A DNA stretch of 63,936 nt, counting the filler, from Kipferlia bialata (lineage: Eukaryota), in the NCBI GenBank assembly GCA_003568945.1. It is 5 parts of 5 records of this genome, joined end to end, with 100 filler letters (N's around TTAATTAATTAA, not from the genome) between each part and the next. Parts side by side here need not be neighbours in the genome. Positions count along the whole stretch, not along the records: positions 24,640 to 41,140 come from BDIP01000223.1; 4 more parts are not named here. One strand, 5' to 3'. The notes under the pieces were generated by a model. It worked only from the letters and a program-made list of their open reading frames with translations, did no database searches and was not told where the DNA came from. The translations under genes were made by a program, and so were the position numbers. How positions within the stretch are numbered: position 1 is the first letter of the stretch; the number at the start of each line of letters is the position of its first letter. Shown piece by piece: positions 26,441-37,384 of the stretch.

Positions 26441-28349
26441 CTGATCCTTAGGCAGCTGGGACCAGCGCATTGGGGTGTGGGACCTCAAGACTGGGGACAA
26501 TGTCAAGTACGTGGCAGAGCACCTCGACTTTGTAAAGGTAGGGCTGGACTCTCTTTCTCTCTCTCTCTGTCCGACTAGCATGGAAGAGAGCATTATGTTT
26601 TCGTCTATCGAGTATAACCCTCTCTATATAGTTGTATTCTTTTATGGACTGCCCCTTGCTCTCATTCCCCCAACCATTTCCCCTCTACCCCCCTGGCATG
26701 TTTCTCTCTTTTCCCGTTTCCCTCTCTTTTCCTCTGTCTCTCTTTCCCACTTACCCTCTCCCTCTCACCCCAGGCCCTTGCTGTGTTCCCTGAGCACAAG
26801 CGCCTGGTGTCTGGAGATGCCAAGGGAGTCATGAAGGTATCATCTGTTGTATTGTAAATATTCCTTATATTGTGTCACATGCACTCTGGTGATGCCAAGG
26901 GAGTGATGAAGGTACTATCATTATTACAGTAGTTGATAATGTGTATATATCTTTATACTACTTGTTGCGTTATATACCCTCTGGTGATGCCAAGGGAGTC
27001 ATGAAGGTACTGCTATTCTCATGTATTTTGTGTATATACTACAGTTGTATTAATGGTGTGAGTCAGTCTCATAAGTGTGTATGGTAAAGAATATCCCCTC
27101 ACTGCTAGGTGTGGGACACTGAGACCATGACTGGTGCAGACCATCAATATATTTGTGTATATCAGTGTTATTATTGTATTTAGTATAGGCTATCCCCTCA
27201 TATATAGGTGTGGGACACTGAGACCATGACTGTGGTGCAGACCATCTACCACCACAGCAGGAGTGTGGACTCTATCATCAGACTGGGGTCATCCGACCTG
27301 TTCTGCTCGGCATCCAGTGACAGGTATATATATACACACATATATATATGTATTTGCACTGATGTGTAGATGAGTAGTGACACTGACACCAGGGCTGTGT
27401 GTGTGTGGAGGCTGGGTGCCGAGGCCCCCGAGGTCTCCCTCCCTGTCTCTGACGACATTGCTAAGAACATGGCAGGTGGGACACATACATTTATAGTACA
27501 CTCTTGCACTAACTCTATACATTTCACGCTTCATCTGTACTTACCCTTCAGGCCACCTTACGGGTGTCCTCGACCTTGTCTATGACGAGGGGACTGGTCT
27601 CCTCTACACTGCATGTGCAGACAGGTTCGTCCGTTGCTGGCGGCTCCCCCAGACGAGTGATGGCCAGGCTGTCATGCAGTGGGTGTCACCACACACACTC
27701 AACACTGGGGTGACAGCTCAGGTAGGCGGACGCTGATACATATGATATACCTATGTTTGTTTATGTATATACTGACGTAACCAGGTTGGCACCAAGTATG
27801 AGGAGGCTGATACCTGTACTGATACGTGCACTGATACCTATGCATATATATATATACTTGTATATGTATATATACTGACATAACCAGGTTGGCACCAAGT
27901 ATGAGGAGGCAGCCCACGACCGCATCCTCCCTGTCCTCTCTGACTGGCCCCTCTCCATCGCTCTCTCTGCCGACAGGGCCCACATGGTGTGTGGCCTGAG
28001 GGACGGGCGTGTGACAGTGCTCGACAACAGTGACGGGTCTGTGGTGGGCAGTGTGAAGCCCCACAAGGACGGCATTGCATCCATAGAGTGTGTGTCCATG
28101 CTGGACTCCGGTGACAAGGACGTGCCCCAGTCGGAGCAGACACCAGTCGAGTGTGTAGTGACCGGCTCCTGGGACTTCTCTCTCAGGAGGCGGAGGCTGG
28201 GTGACCTCCTGGCTGAGATTAAGGGTGTAGACAGGGAGGAGGGGGAGGGAGAGGGCGAGGACTCCTTCGAGGACACGGATGATATGCTGGATGACCCCGA
28301 GGTGGCCGAGATGCAGAGGGAGAGGCTCAGGGCCATGCTCGGAATGTAG
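25471..28349 (+). CDS. WD40-repeat protein
   Basis: Spliced repeats: AFKGHT|GPVTSIALD…LLYT|GSWDQRIGVWDL; RLVSGDAKGVMK|VWD; FCSASSDR|AVCVW; VVTGSWDFSLRR; acidic C-terminal tail. Start codon tentative. Confidence 0.88.
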
Positions 28350-28583
28350 ACGGTGTAGATACTACAATGTAACACTACCAAACCCAAATAGAACATGATT
28401 ATTATACGGTGACGCGTACATGAGTCGTTGAAATCACCATTGAGCAGAGCCTGGGAGATCAATGTGACATTGATCAGTGTTGAAGGGTTCGACGTTTTTG
28501 CTTGATTCTGACTGGTAAGAACAGGCATTTTGTAGTCTCTCTCCACCTGACGGAAATCATCTCTCTCCACCTGACGCTGTGCC

Positions 28584-30739
28584 ATGTCCCAGGGAGAGAG
28601 TGCCAGTGAGGAGTCGTCCTCCTTCGATGACGAGGACTTCTCGGACATGCCGGGTCTGGAGCAGGTGGACGTGCAGGCACAGAGGCAGGAGATGGCGGCA
28701 GGTATTCATATGATGCATACCCGTATTACTATATATATATATATATATATATATATGTTCAAGCACAGAGGCAGGAGATGGCAGCAGGTAGGCTTGTATA
28801 CCCCACTATGTAGTCATACTCTTATTTCTTTTGTGTATACATAGGTACAGGCACAGAGGCAGGAGATGGCGGCAGGTACACTGTGTATGTAATGTATATA
28901 GGTATATCCAGGCTTGTATATACAGGGGGGTGCAGGCACAGAGGCAGGAGATGGCAGCAGGTAGAGTGCACTATATCCATGTGTGGTAGAGTATACCCAG
29001 TATATATATATAGCGGCGTGCAGGGCAGAGGCAGGAGATGGCAGCAGGTACCCGGCATACTAACATACACACATATGATGCACTCTAAATGCATGGTTTA
29101 GCATGATCTTACCCCCAGAGCTAGCCATTGACTTCCGTGACCTCCCCATGGGCACCCTGGAGGATGGTGCTGAGCCTGACTATGCCCATGCCGCTGAGCT
29201 CAAGAGTAGGGCACTGGAGGAGGCCAGGGAGGGACACCTTAGGTATGAGCAGTGTATATATACTATCATATAGTGTACTCTCTATCAAGAGTAGGGCACT
29301 GGAGGAGGCCAGGGAGGGACATCTGAAGTATATCGTAGTATATACTATATAGTACACACTCTCTCTATCAAGAGTAGGGCACTGGAGGAGGCCAGGGAGG
29401 GGCACCTCAGGTAGGGCGGTGTAATGGTATCATATATATTCTCTCTATCAAGAGTAGGGCACCTCAGGTAGGGCGGTGTAATGGTTTCATATGTATTCTC
29501 TCCGCATCACTGGTGTCTCACCTACCGGTATCTATTCACCTCAGGAAGGCCGTCCTCCTTGCCTCCGATTATCTAGTATAGTATATTACAGTAGTATATT
29601 CTACATTCATAATCAATTCACCTTAGGAAGGCTGTCCTCCTTGCCTCCGATGCAGTCCAGGCCCACCCTGGGAGTGGGCTGATGCTGGTGTGCAGGGCAC
29701 GCATCCTCATCGACCTGGGGGAGATATCAGCCGCAAAGAGGGACCTCAAGGTATCCCAGACACACACTCTCTCTCTCTCCCCCTCCCTCTACACAATCCT
29801 TTACTTATCTCTCTCACTCCAGCTGGCTGTTAAGCGCTCTCCCAACAGTGCCAGTGCATACCACTGCCTAGGTACATCAGTGCTAGTATATATATATATA
29901 TATATATATGAACTGCCATAGGTTCACTGATGAATAATGTATCAATACGCCGATACTTACAGTGTCTGTCTAACTCTTCAGGTGACGCCTGCAGTCTGTA
30001 TATGTGACAATGTTATTATATATGAGAAATTGTGCTCTCTATTGTATTCGATCCATCTACTTATGGTAGTACTTATCCCTAAGGCGACGCCTGCCGTCTG
30101 CTGTGTGACAGTGAGGCAGCAGTATCATAGTATATAGTGCATATTTGATTATTGATGGTACATTGATATACACCATATCTTTCTCTCATCTTCAGGCGAT
30201 GCCTGCCGTCTGCTGTGTGACAGTGAGGGTGCTGTCAAGGCATACCGCACTGGGCTTGACCTGGAGTACAGGGCAGAGAGTGCTAGACACCTCACGGTCA
30301 TGGAGAAGGATGTTAAGGTATAGGGATATACCACCCATAGCATATGTATATATATATACCACTATGATAGTATCTGTTTATATATATATATATATATATA
30401 TCACTGTGGTAGTATCTGACTGTCATGGAGAAGGACGTCAAGGTATAGGGATATACCTCCCATAGCATATGTATATATATATACAGCTATGCATATTTAT
30501 GTATAGCTGTTGTTTTCCCTGTAATGGTACTGATGTCCTGGGCTAGGAGCAGGCCAGTCAGTATTCTCTCTCTCTCTCTATATATCATTATACACTGATG
30601 CCCTAGGAGCAGGCCAGACGGGACAGGGCAGTCAGTGTCATATATTGTACACACTACTATTTGCATACTTCTATATATATATATATCAGTTGATACTGAT
30701 GCTTTAGGAGCAGACAAGACGGGACAGGGCAGTCAGTAT

Positions 30740-30778
<39 letters not shown>

Positions 30779-30941
30779 CAGTTGACCCTTATCCCTAGGA
30801 GCAGGCCAGACGTGACAGGGCAGTCCGGGAGAAGGTCAAGGTCGACATCAAGCCTGGGAAGCCGTCATCTGCCATACCTGGGGTGCACCCAGCCGCACAG
30901 GGGTTCAAGCCTCCTGCTGGCATGGCCAACCGTACGTTAGA

Positions 30942-30983
<42 letters not shown>

Positions 30984-31286
30984 TTCCCTCTATATATATG
31001 CTATCTTACCCCAGCCTTTGAGGTGCTTGCTGACGAGGCTGCCAACCTCTCGCCCCAGATGGCTGAGAGGCTCATGGGGGACAACAAGGTGGCATCCCTC
31101 TTCAACGACCCAGACTTTGCGGCAAAGGTATGTTCATAGTATTCATTACCCGGCTTAAGGTGTGATATCTACCCCCAGCTTGCCGAGGCCTCCAATGGTC
31201 CAGAGGGTGCTGCCAAGTTTGCCAATGACCCCGAGTTTTTGAAGAACATTGCGGCATTCATGGGTGTCATGGGGCAAAAGAAGTGA
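28584..31286 (+). CDS. Hsc70-interacting protein (HIP/ST13)-like TPR plus STI1/DP co-chaperone
   Basis: TPR helices (KAVLLASDAVQAHPGSGLMLVCRARILIDLG…RSPNSASAYHCLGDACRLL) and C-terminal DP motifs (LFNDPDFAAK…KFANDPEF); stop 31284-31286. Confidence 0.78.
28671..29050 (+). repeat. Five regularly spaced exon-end/donor repeats with dissimilar spacers
   Basis: CAGAGGCAGGAGATGGC(A/G)GCAG|GTA with GT at 28702, 28788, 28876, 28961, 29048. Confidence 0.95.
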
Positions 31287-31287
31287 G

Positions 31288-31335
<48 letters not shown>

Positions 31336-31682
31336 ACGCGCGAGGCATTCGTGGGACGCTTTGAGCTGCCGCGACCAACCTGTATCCTTAATAGTGTAGT
31401 GTTTACGAGCGGACGCGATGGCCGGGAGTATCATTCATTCCCTCCACTTGGCACTGAGGTGATATTATCAGCAGATATGTGTGTAAGGCCGAAGACGCCA
31501 GGGGCCGGGATTCATGGAATTGAAGGATGGATGCACAACTCTCTAGTACTACGAAGCAGTCTCTGGAATAGACAACGACGCGACCACCTTCACCGAATGA
31601 ATATCAATAATCTATTGTTACCACCACTCGTCTCGTATAAATGCTATCTCTCCTATCTCCGTGTATCACTGGTAGTCTGTAT

Positions 31683-32333
31683 CTACTCGGTGATGCCCCT
31701 CTGTGCCAGGAACTCAGTCTCCTCGTTCTCAGTCATCTCAGCGGCAAGCCTCAGCCACCTGGGGGTGAGGGGGGGGGGGGGGGGGGGGGGGGAGGGGGGG
31801 GGGGGGGGGGGGGGGGTAAAGGGGGAGATAATGGTAACGATATTGACTATTTAGCCAGTAAAGAAGTGTCACTGCAGTACAAAAGGAGCACGCATACAGT
31901 ATTGGAATGATGGGACACATATTCATATGGACTAATCTGATCGATTGACCATCAGCATGTGTACCTTGCACACTTTCCCGAAGCACCCTGAACCCAGTAG
32001 GGCTTCCAGAGTGTACAGCTCAGTGAGCGAGTGCTCCCTGGGGGTGAGGAGAGAGATAGAGAGAGAGAGACGAAGGAGGAAGGAAAGCGAGTAACATCAG
32101 AATGTATGACACATTAACTTCTATATGCTACAATTTCACACTCGGACACATACATTTGCGTCATGATGACAGGAATAAGGCAAATGAACTGTGTGAGAGC
32201 CCTTAGAGGGGTTGAAGAGATTGAGTATACATGTTATGTATATGCTTGATTACAGGTTGATACAGATAGAGGGGAACACTTACTTTTGCTCTGCAGGCTG
32301 TGAGGACTTAGTCAGAAAGCTGTGATCGGCCAT
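31683..32333 (-). CDS. Ser/Thr protein kinase; N-terminal exons plus probable last exon, middle missing at poly-G run
   Basis: MADHSF…EQK|EHSLTELYTLEALLGSGCFGKVCK (Gly-rich loop); the terminal exon WLRLAAEMTE…* is out of frame with it and resembles the post-HPWL kinase tail. Confidence 0.7.
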
Positions 32334-32659
32334 CGCTGATAGTATGTGCTATTGCGGTTAGTAGTATGGAGCCTAGAGAGAGAGCTCTACTTGTCAGAGG
32401 GGACCAGTCCTCGAGACGACTTTTTGTCTGAGAGCAAAAGGGTGTAGGGTGACTAGTCCTGAGGTCCTCAGGCTGAGGACTAAGTCCTCTTGTACCGCAC
32501 AAGGTCAAAAGTTAATATCTATTGTACACATCCACTATATGGACAACTAATCACTCCACTACCTCTCTTGAAATATGTCAGAGCACCAGGGCTTCAAAGC
32601 ATTGAGATAGAAGTGAATAGAATAGTACTGTTCCATAAGTACTTAATAGCCTAATAGTC

Positions 32660-32967
32660 TTCAGGCAACACCCATCCCTTCAAAGATGTCAGGGGTGAGC
32701 ACCGCCCCAGCCTCACTCAGCATCTCGAGGTCGAGGGTCATATCACACCAGTCCTTCCCGTCATGTGCGTCAGGGCTGGGATGTAAGAATCAGTCGGTAA
32801 TCTACCATGACGCATAACAATACCATATATTCGAGTGTCATATCACACCAGTCCTTCCCGTCATGTGCGTCAGGGCTAGAATCAGATGTAAGAATCAGCC
32901 ATGATATACTAACAACATGACGCATAACTCCAAAGCAATGATAGTTAACTATTATCCAAGCTTCTGA

Positions 32968-33022
<55 letters not shown>

Positions 33023-36000
33023 TGAAGAAGAGAGGAGGAGAGAGCAATGGAGAGAGACGTAAAAATACTACTTCTCACACAGAGCCAGGCATATGTGTGC
33101 ACTGAAAAATATACATAGAGAGAGAAAGAGAAAATGTATAGAGAAGGAGGAAAATTGAGGGGAAGGGGGAGAGAGTATATACACCCTTACCTCTCACACA
33201 GAGCCAGACACGTGTCTGCACTAATATCCTGCACTAATATGTATATATGGAGAGAGAGAGAAAATGTATAGAGAGAGAGAGAGAGGTTTACCTCTCACAC
33301 AGAGCCAGACACGTGTCTGCACTGAGTTGCACTGCCTTGTGGACATGGAAGTCAGTGTCGGCAAGGTGGAGGAACCTCTCTGAGGTAAGTGTTGAGAATG
33401 CCTATGTATTACTTCGGTGATAGAGAAAGAGACTGTCCACAAGGTGTAGGAACATCTCTGACGTTAATACCGACACAACCCAAAGGTTAGTACCCATACT
33501 GCGCAAACGACTACAAAACAGTCTCCTGGCAAATACTATAAATACTATACATGGCATGAATACCTGTCTCTGCGTCGATGCAACCAATCCCAAGTGTAGT
33601 ATTGTCTGCAGTGTATCCGAGGAAGAGAGCGTAGCGGCGCTTGGGACCCACATTGACATATGCAGTGTGTGAGAAGGCGGGTGGTAGACCCCACTCAGCA
33701 CTCCACCTCCACTCTCTCTCTCTCTCTCCCTCTCCACCCTTTACATCGGTGTAGGAGAGAGTGTAAGTGGGTGTACCAGGTGCACTGTAGATGTACACCA
33801 GTGAGTCTCCAAGGATGATGGGGTCACTTCTGGTGGCATCCTCTAAACCTTAGGATCAGATATCACACACGAACAAATATACCTATCCTACATGAAGATT
33901 CATTCATGGAGAGAGAGATTGAGGAAGAGGGGACACAAAGAGAGATGTACACAACCATAGTACTACAAATAGTATTTTGAGGGAATATATGTATGAGGTG
34001 TTACCTTGAGGCCTTGGGTGCATCTGACAGTCTGGTCATATACATATGCATATATATATATATATACATATGCATATATATGAATATAATACATATCTTA
34101 CATATATATAATTGGTGAATACGTATTATTCACCTTGGAGCCTTGGGGGTACCTCTGGCAGTTTGGTCCCACCCATATATATATATTCATATATAATACT
34201 ATATATGTGCAATGTAGGTATGTGTATGTACTGTGCATATACAATGTGATAATATACCTTGAGGTCTAGGGGTTGCCTCTGGCAGTCTGGTCCTATCTAT
34301 CTCTCTATATATATATACTATTGCTATGTGATTATCTAATATAGATATTATAGTATACCTTCAGGCCTTGGAGGTGCCTCTGGCAGTCTGGTCCACTGCT
34401 CAGTCTGGGTGTCAGAGAGAGAGGGAGAGAGAGAGAGAGAGAAAGACCAGCCAACTCTTGTGCACTCCAACTGCCTCATTCACTGTAATCAGAGAGGGGA
34501 AGGGGGGAAATACACCAAAACAAATACACCTACACTGTTGACGGTGTACCTTTGTGTCGAACTCCCACACCCCAGCTGCCTCATCGGCACATGTCCGGAG
34601 GATCTTGCCCTAGGGTCAGGGAGAGATTTACACATGTATACTCTGGTGTATGAGTAATCATAGAGTATGGATAGGAGTATACAGAGAGAGCTAGTTGGCC
34701 GTACCTTCAGACCATGCAGCCTCACCCCCTTGGCAGCCTTTGGACCTGTCTTTGGCCTGCATGGCTTCCAAAGGCCTAATGGATAAGTAGTTTACAAGTA
34801 CAGAACGGCAAACTAGCATAAACAGCTGATACTGATACTGATACTGATACTTCAGAGAGAGATCTATATACCTGAGTGTGGGTGGAACACCTCAAAGTGG
34901 TGGCTGGTGCCTCTTCTGCGGAAGTAGACGCCACTCCTAAGGGTCACACCCCTGGGTGAGAAAGATACTGCATTCCTAATATATATATATATATATATAC
35001 ATATACAATAGGTAAGAAGGGTGTATCAAGGAGCGGTGGAGAATAAAGTGCACTGGATGAGAAGAGTACATAGAGCGCTAGATGAGACAGAGAGAGAGAC
35101 ACGCAGAGAGAGAAAGAGAGAGAGGGAGACTCACCCGGGGACAGCTGCGTTGTTGAACTGTCTCAAGAAGCACATCTTCCAACATAGCTAAGTCACAAGG
35201 TATATATATATATATACATATATGCAAATATGTAACTAACTCACCCTGGTACAGCTTCGTTGTTGAACTGTCTCTTGCCAGGGACAAGTTTGTATTCACT
35301 CTTGCCTGGAATCAGTGTTGATATTAATATATACATTAATTAATATGATATGGCATACACACTCTTGTTCACTCTTGCCTGGAATCAGTTCTGATACATT
35401 GTAGACTTACTATATACACATGTGTATATATATATGTGTGTGTATATAGATTCTTCGGCTTGTCAGATACCATTGCTGACATGTGAAATAGCATATATAT
35501 ATGTAGCATACTCACTCTGGGTCCCCTTGTTCCCCTTCATTGGCTTGTCAGTCACTAGTAGCTTCTGGAGGCCATTAACTACCACAGTACCGGAGGAGGT
35601 ACTCTTGGCAATGTCATCTGACATAAGAGAGAGAGAGAAAGAGATAGATTGAGAGAGAGAGAGAGAGAGGGAGAGAGTGACATCAGGGTCTGAGGAGGTA
35701 CTCTTGGCAATGTCATCTATAGTAAGAGGGGAGGTAGAGTGAGAGCAGTAGATTGATAGAGAGAGAGAGACAGAGAGAGATACCACAGTGCCTGAGGGGG
35801 TACCCTTAGCTATGTCATCTGACATTAGAGGGGGGAGGGAGAGAGATATGTGCAAACCGATGTAGTTCAGAGAGAGAGAGAGAAAGAGAAAGAGAGTACC
35901 TGTGTGGTCCAGGCCAAGTACAGTATAATATTGATGAATAATAGGCTTCAATGTTCCTACATCTATATATTTGACACCTAACCTGTGTGGTCCAGGCCAA

Positions 36001-36348
36001 GTGAGTGCAGGTACCTGAGAGGTGAGTGGGAGTATAGGGCAGAGAGAAAGAGGGGCATTAGGCCGGAGACAAGACATATAGTATGTGGAGTCGTGAAAGA
36101 GAGTACACGAAGACGTGGGAAAGATGTCAAGTGGGAAAGGGGAAGGGGAGATCAGGCTATCTGACGTACATGAATCCCTTGGTGGACCCCCCAAAGTCAG
36201 AGAGGGATACTCTCTCTCTCTCTATATATATATATCAAATAGGTTGTAAATAAATATATATATATATATATGTATTCACTCTCTGACGTACATGAATCCC
36301 CTTGTGGACCCCCCAAAGTCAGAGAGGGAGAGGGTGCGGGGCATGGTC
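32660..36348 (-). CDS. Multi-exon hypothetical protein (beta-propeller/Kelch-like C-terminal part), 5' end in gap
   Basis: Exons such as GVWEFDTK|TEQWTRLPEAPP, LGIGCIDAET|ERFLHLAD…ALCES|PDAHDGKDWCDMTLD…GMGVA*. Confidence 0.6.
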
Positions 36349-36657
36349 TGAAGATCAGGTGTAACAATATATGAAATATATATATGTAATAATATGTAAT
36401 GACAGCTGTAATAGAGAGTGGGGGGGGGGGGGGGGATGCCATATATATATATATATATTTACTNNNNNNNNNNNNNNNNNNNNNNNNNNNNNNNNNNNNN
36501 NNNNNNNNNNNNNNNNNNNNNNNNNNNNNNNNNNNNNNNNNNNNNNNNNNNNNNNNNNNNNNNNNNNNNNNNNNNNNNNNNNNNNNNNNNNNAGGTGGGG
36601 GGCGGGGGGGGGGGGGGGGGGGGGGGGGGGGGTGAGAGAGAGACTCAGGGCTGGTAC

Positions 36658-36871
36658 CTCCCAGTGGTCTTGTCCTTCACCCTGTTGACTGTGCCGAATG
36701 ACCCACGGCCAATCTCACCTGGGGTCAGAGATATGCATATATGGGTATACAAACAATCAAATAGAGGCCAATCTCGCTTGGGGTTAGAGATGCATAGGGG
36801 GAAGCAGATGAGGGAGAGAGTGTGTTACAGGTCCAATCGACAGATCCTGCCTCACTATCCTGTACATCCAT
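36658..36871 (-). CDS. Protein kinase, first two exons only
   Basis: MDVQDSEAGSVDWT|CEIGRGSFGTVNRVKDKTTGR (GxGxFG loop); followed by poly-G and N gap. Confidence 0.7.
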
Positions 36872-37384
36872 ACAAGTACAATAAGACAATCACCAAAACA
36901 GCATACTCCAAAGTACATCACAGAGTACATCAATCACGGGTTAGAGACAGTATTGAAATGGGCGGACCACTATGAGAGAAGAGCGGAATATGCGGCATAC
37001 CTAATGTGCGGTACACACCAAGTTATACCTCTAACCATACAACCTAGAGCAACAACACGTAATAAAGTGCAGAAATAACGGCCGATGATGCATGAACACC
37101 ACGATAACAATTCTCTCAATCCACTCAGTGATACAAATATCAGGGCCAAAAGTGCACTCCTCCGACTGAAATCTTACCTAGCTTCTGGTACTTGTCCATA
37201 TATGTCTGTCTTTGCTTCGCTGTGGGTCAGTGTGGGATTTGCTGTGAGCACGGGCTGGGTGTGTTCACTGGAGAGCAAGATTCCGCAAGACTCTGAATAT
37301 CAAAAACATCAAAGGGTGTAGCACGAAGTGTCGTTCTTCTCAGAACGGGTCTCTTCACACTATCCCTGTTTCTACACTCCCACC

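Noticed and set aside
28671..29050. CRISPR array (regular repeats with unique spacers)
   Set aside because: Repeats are copies of a host exon end plus GT donor in a eukaryotic intron; no cas genes present
35980..36330. Kinase motifs (YLHSLG…H and DFG) linking this gene to the kinase at 36658-36871
   Set aside because: Motifs are in the wrong order and HRD is absent; linkage across the gap is unsupported
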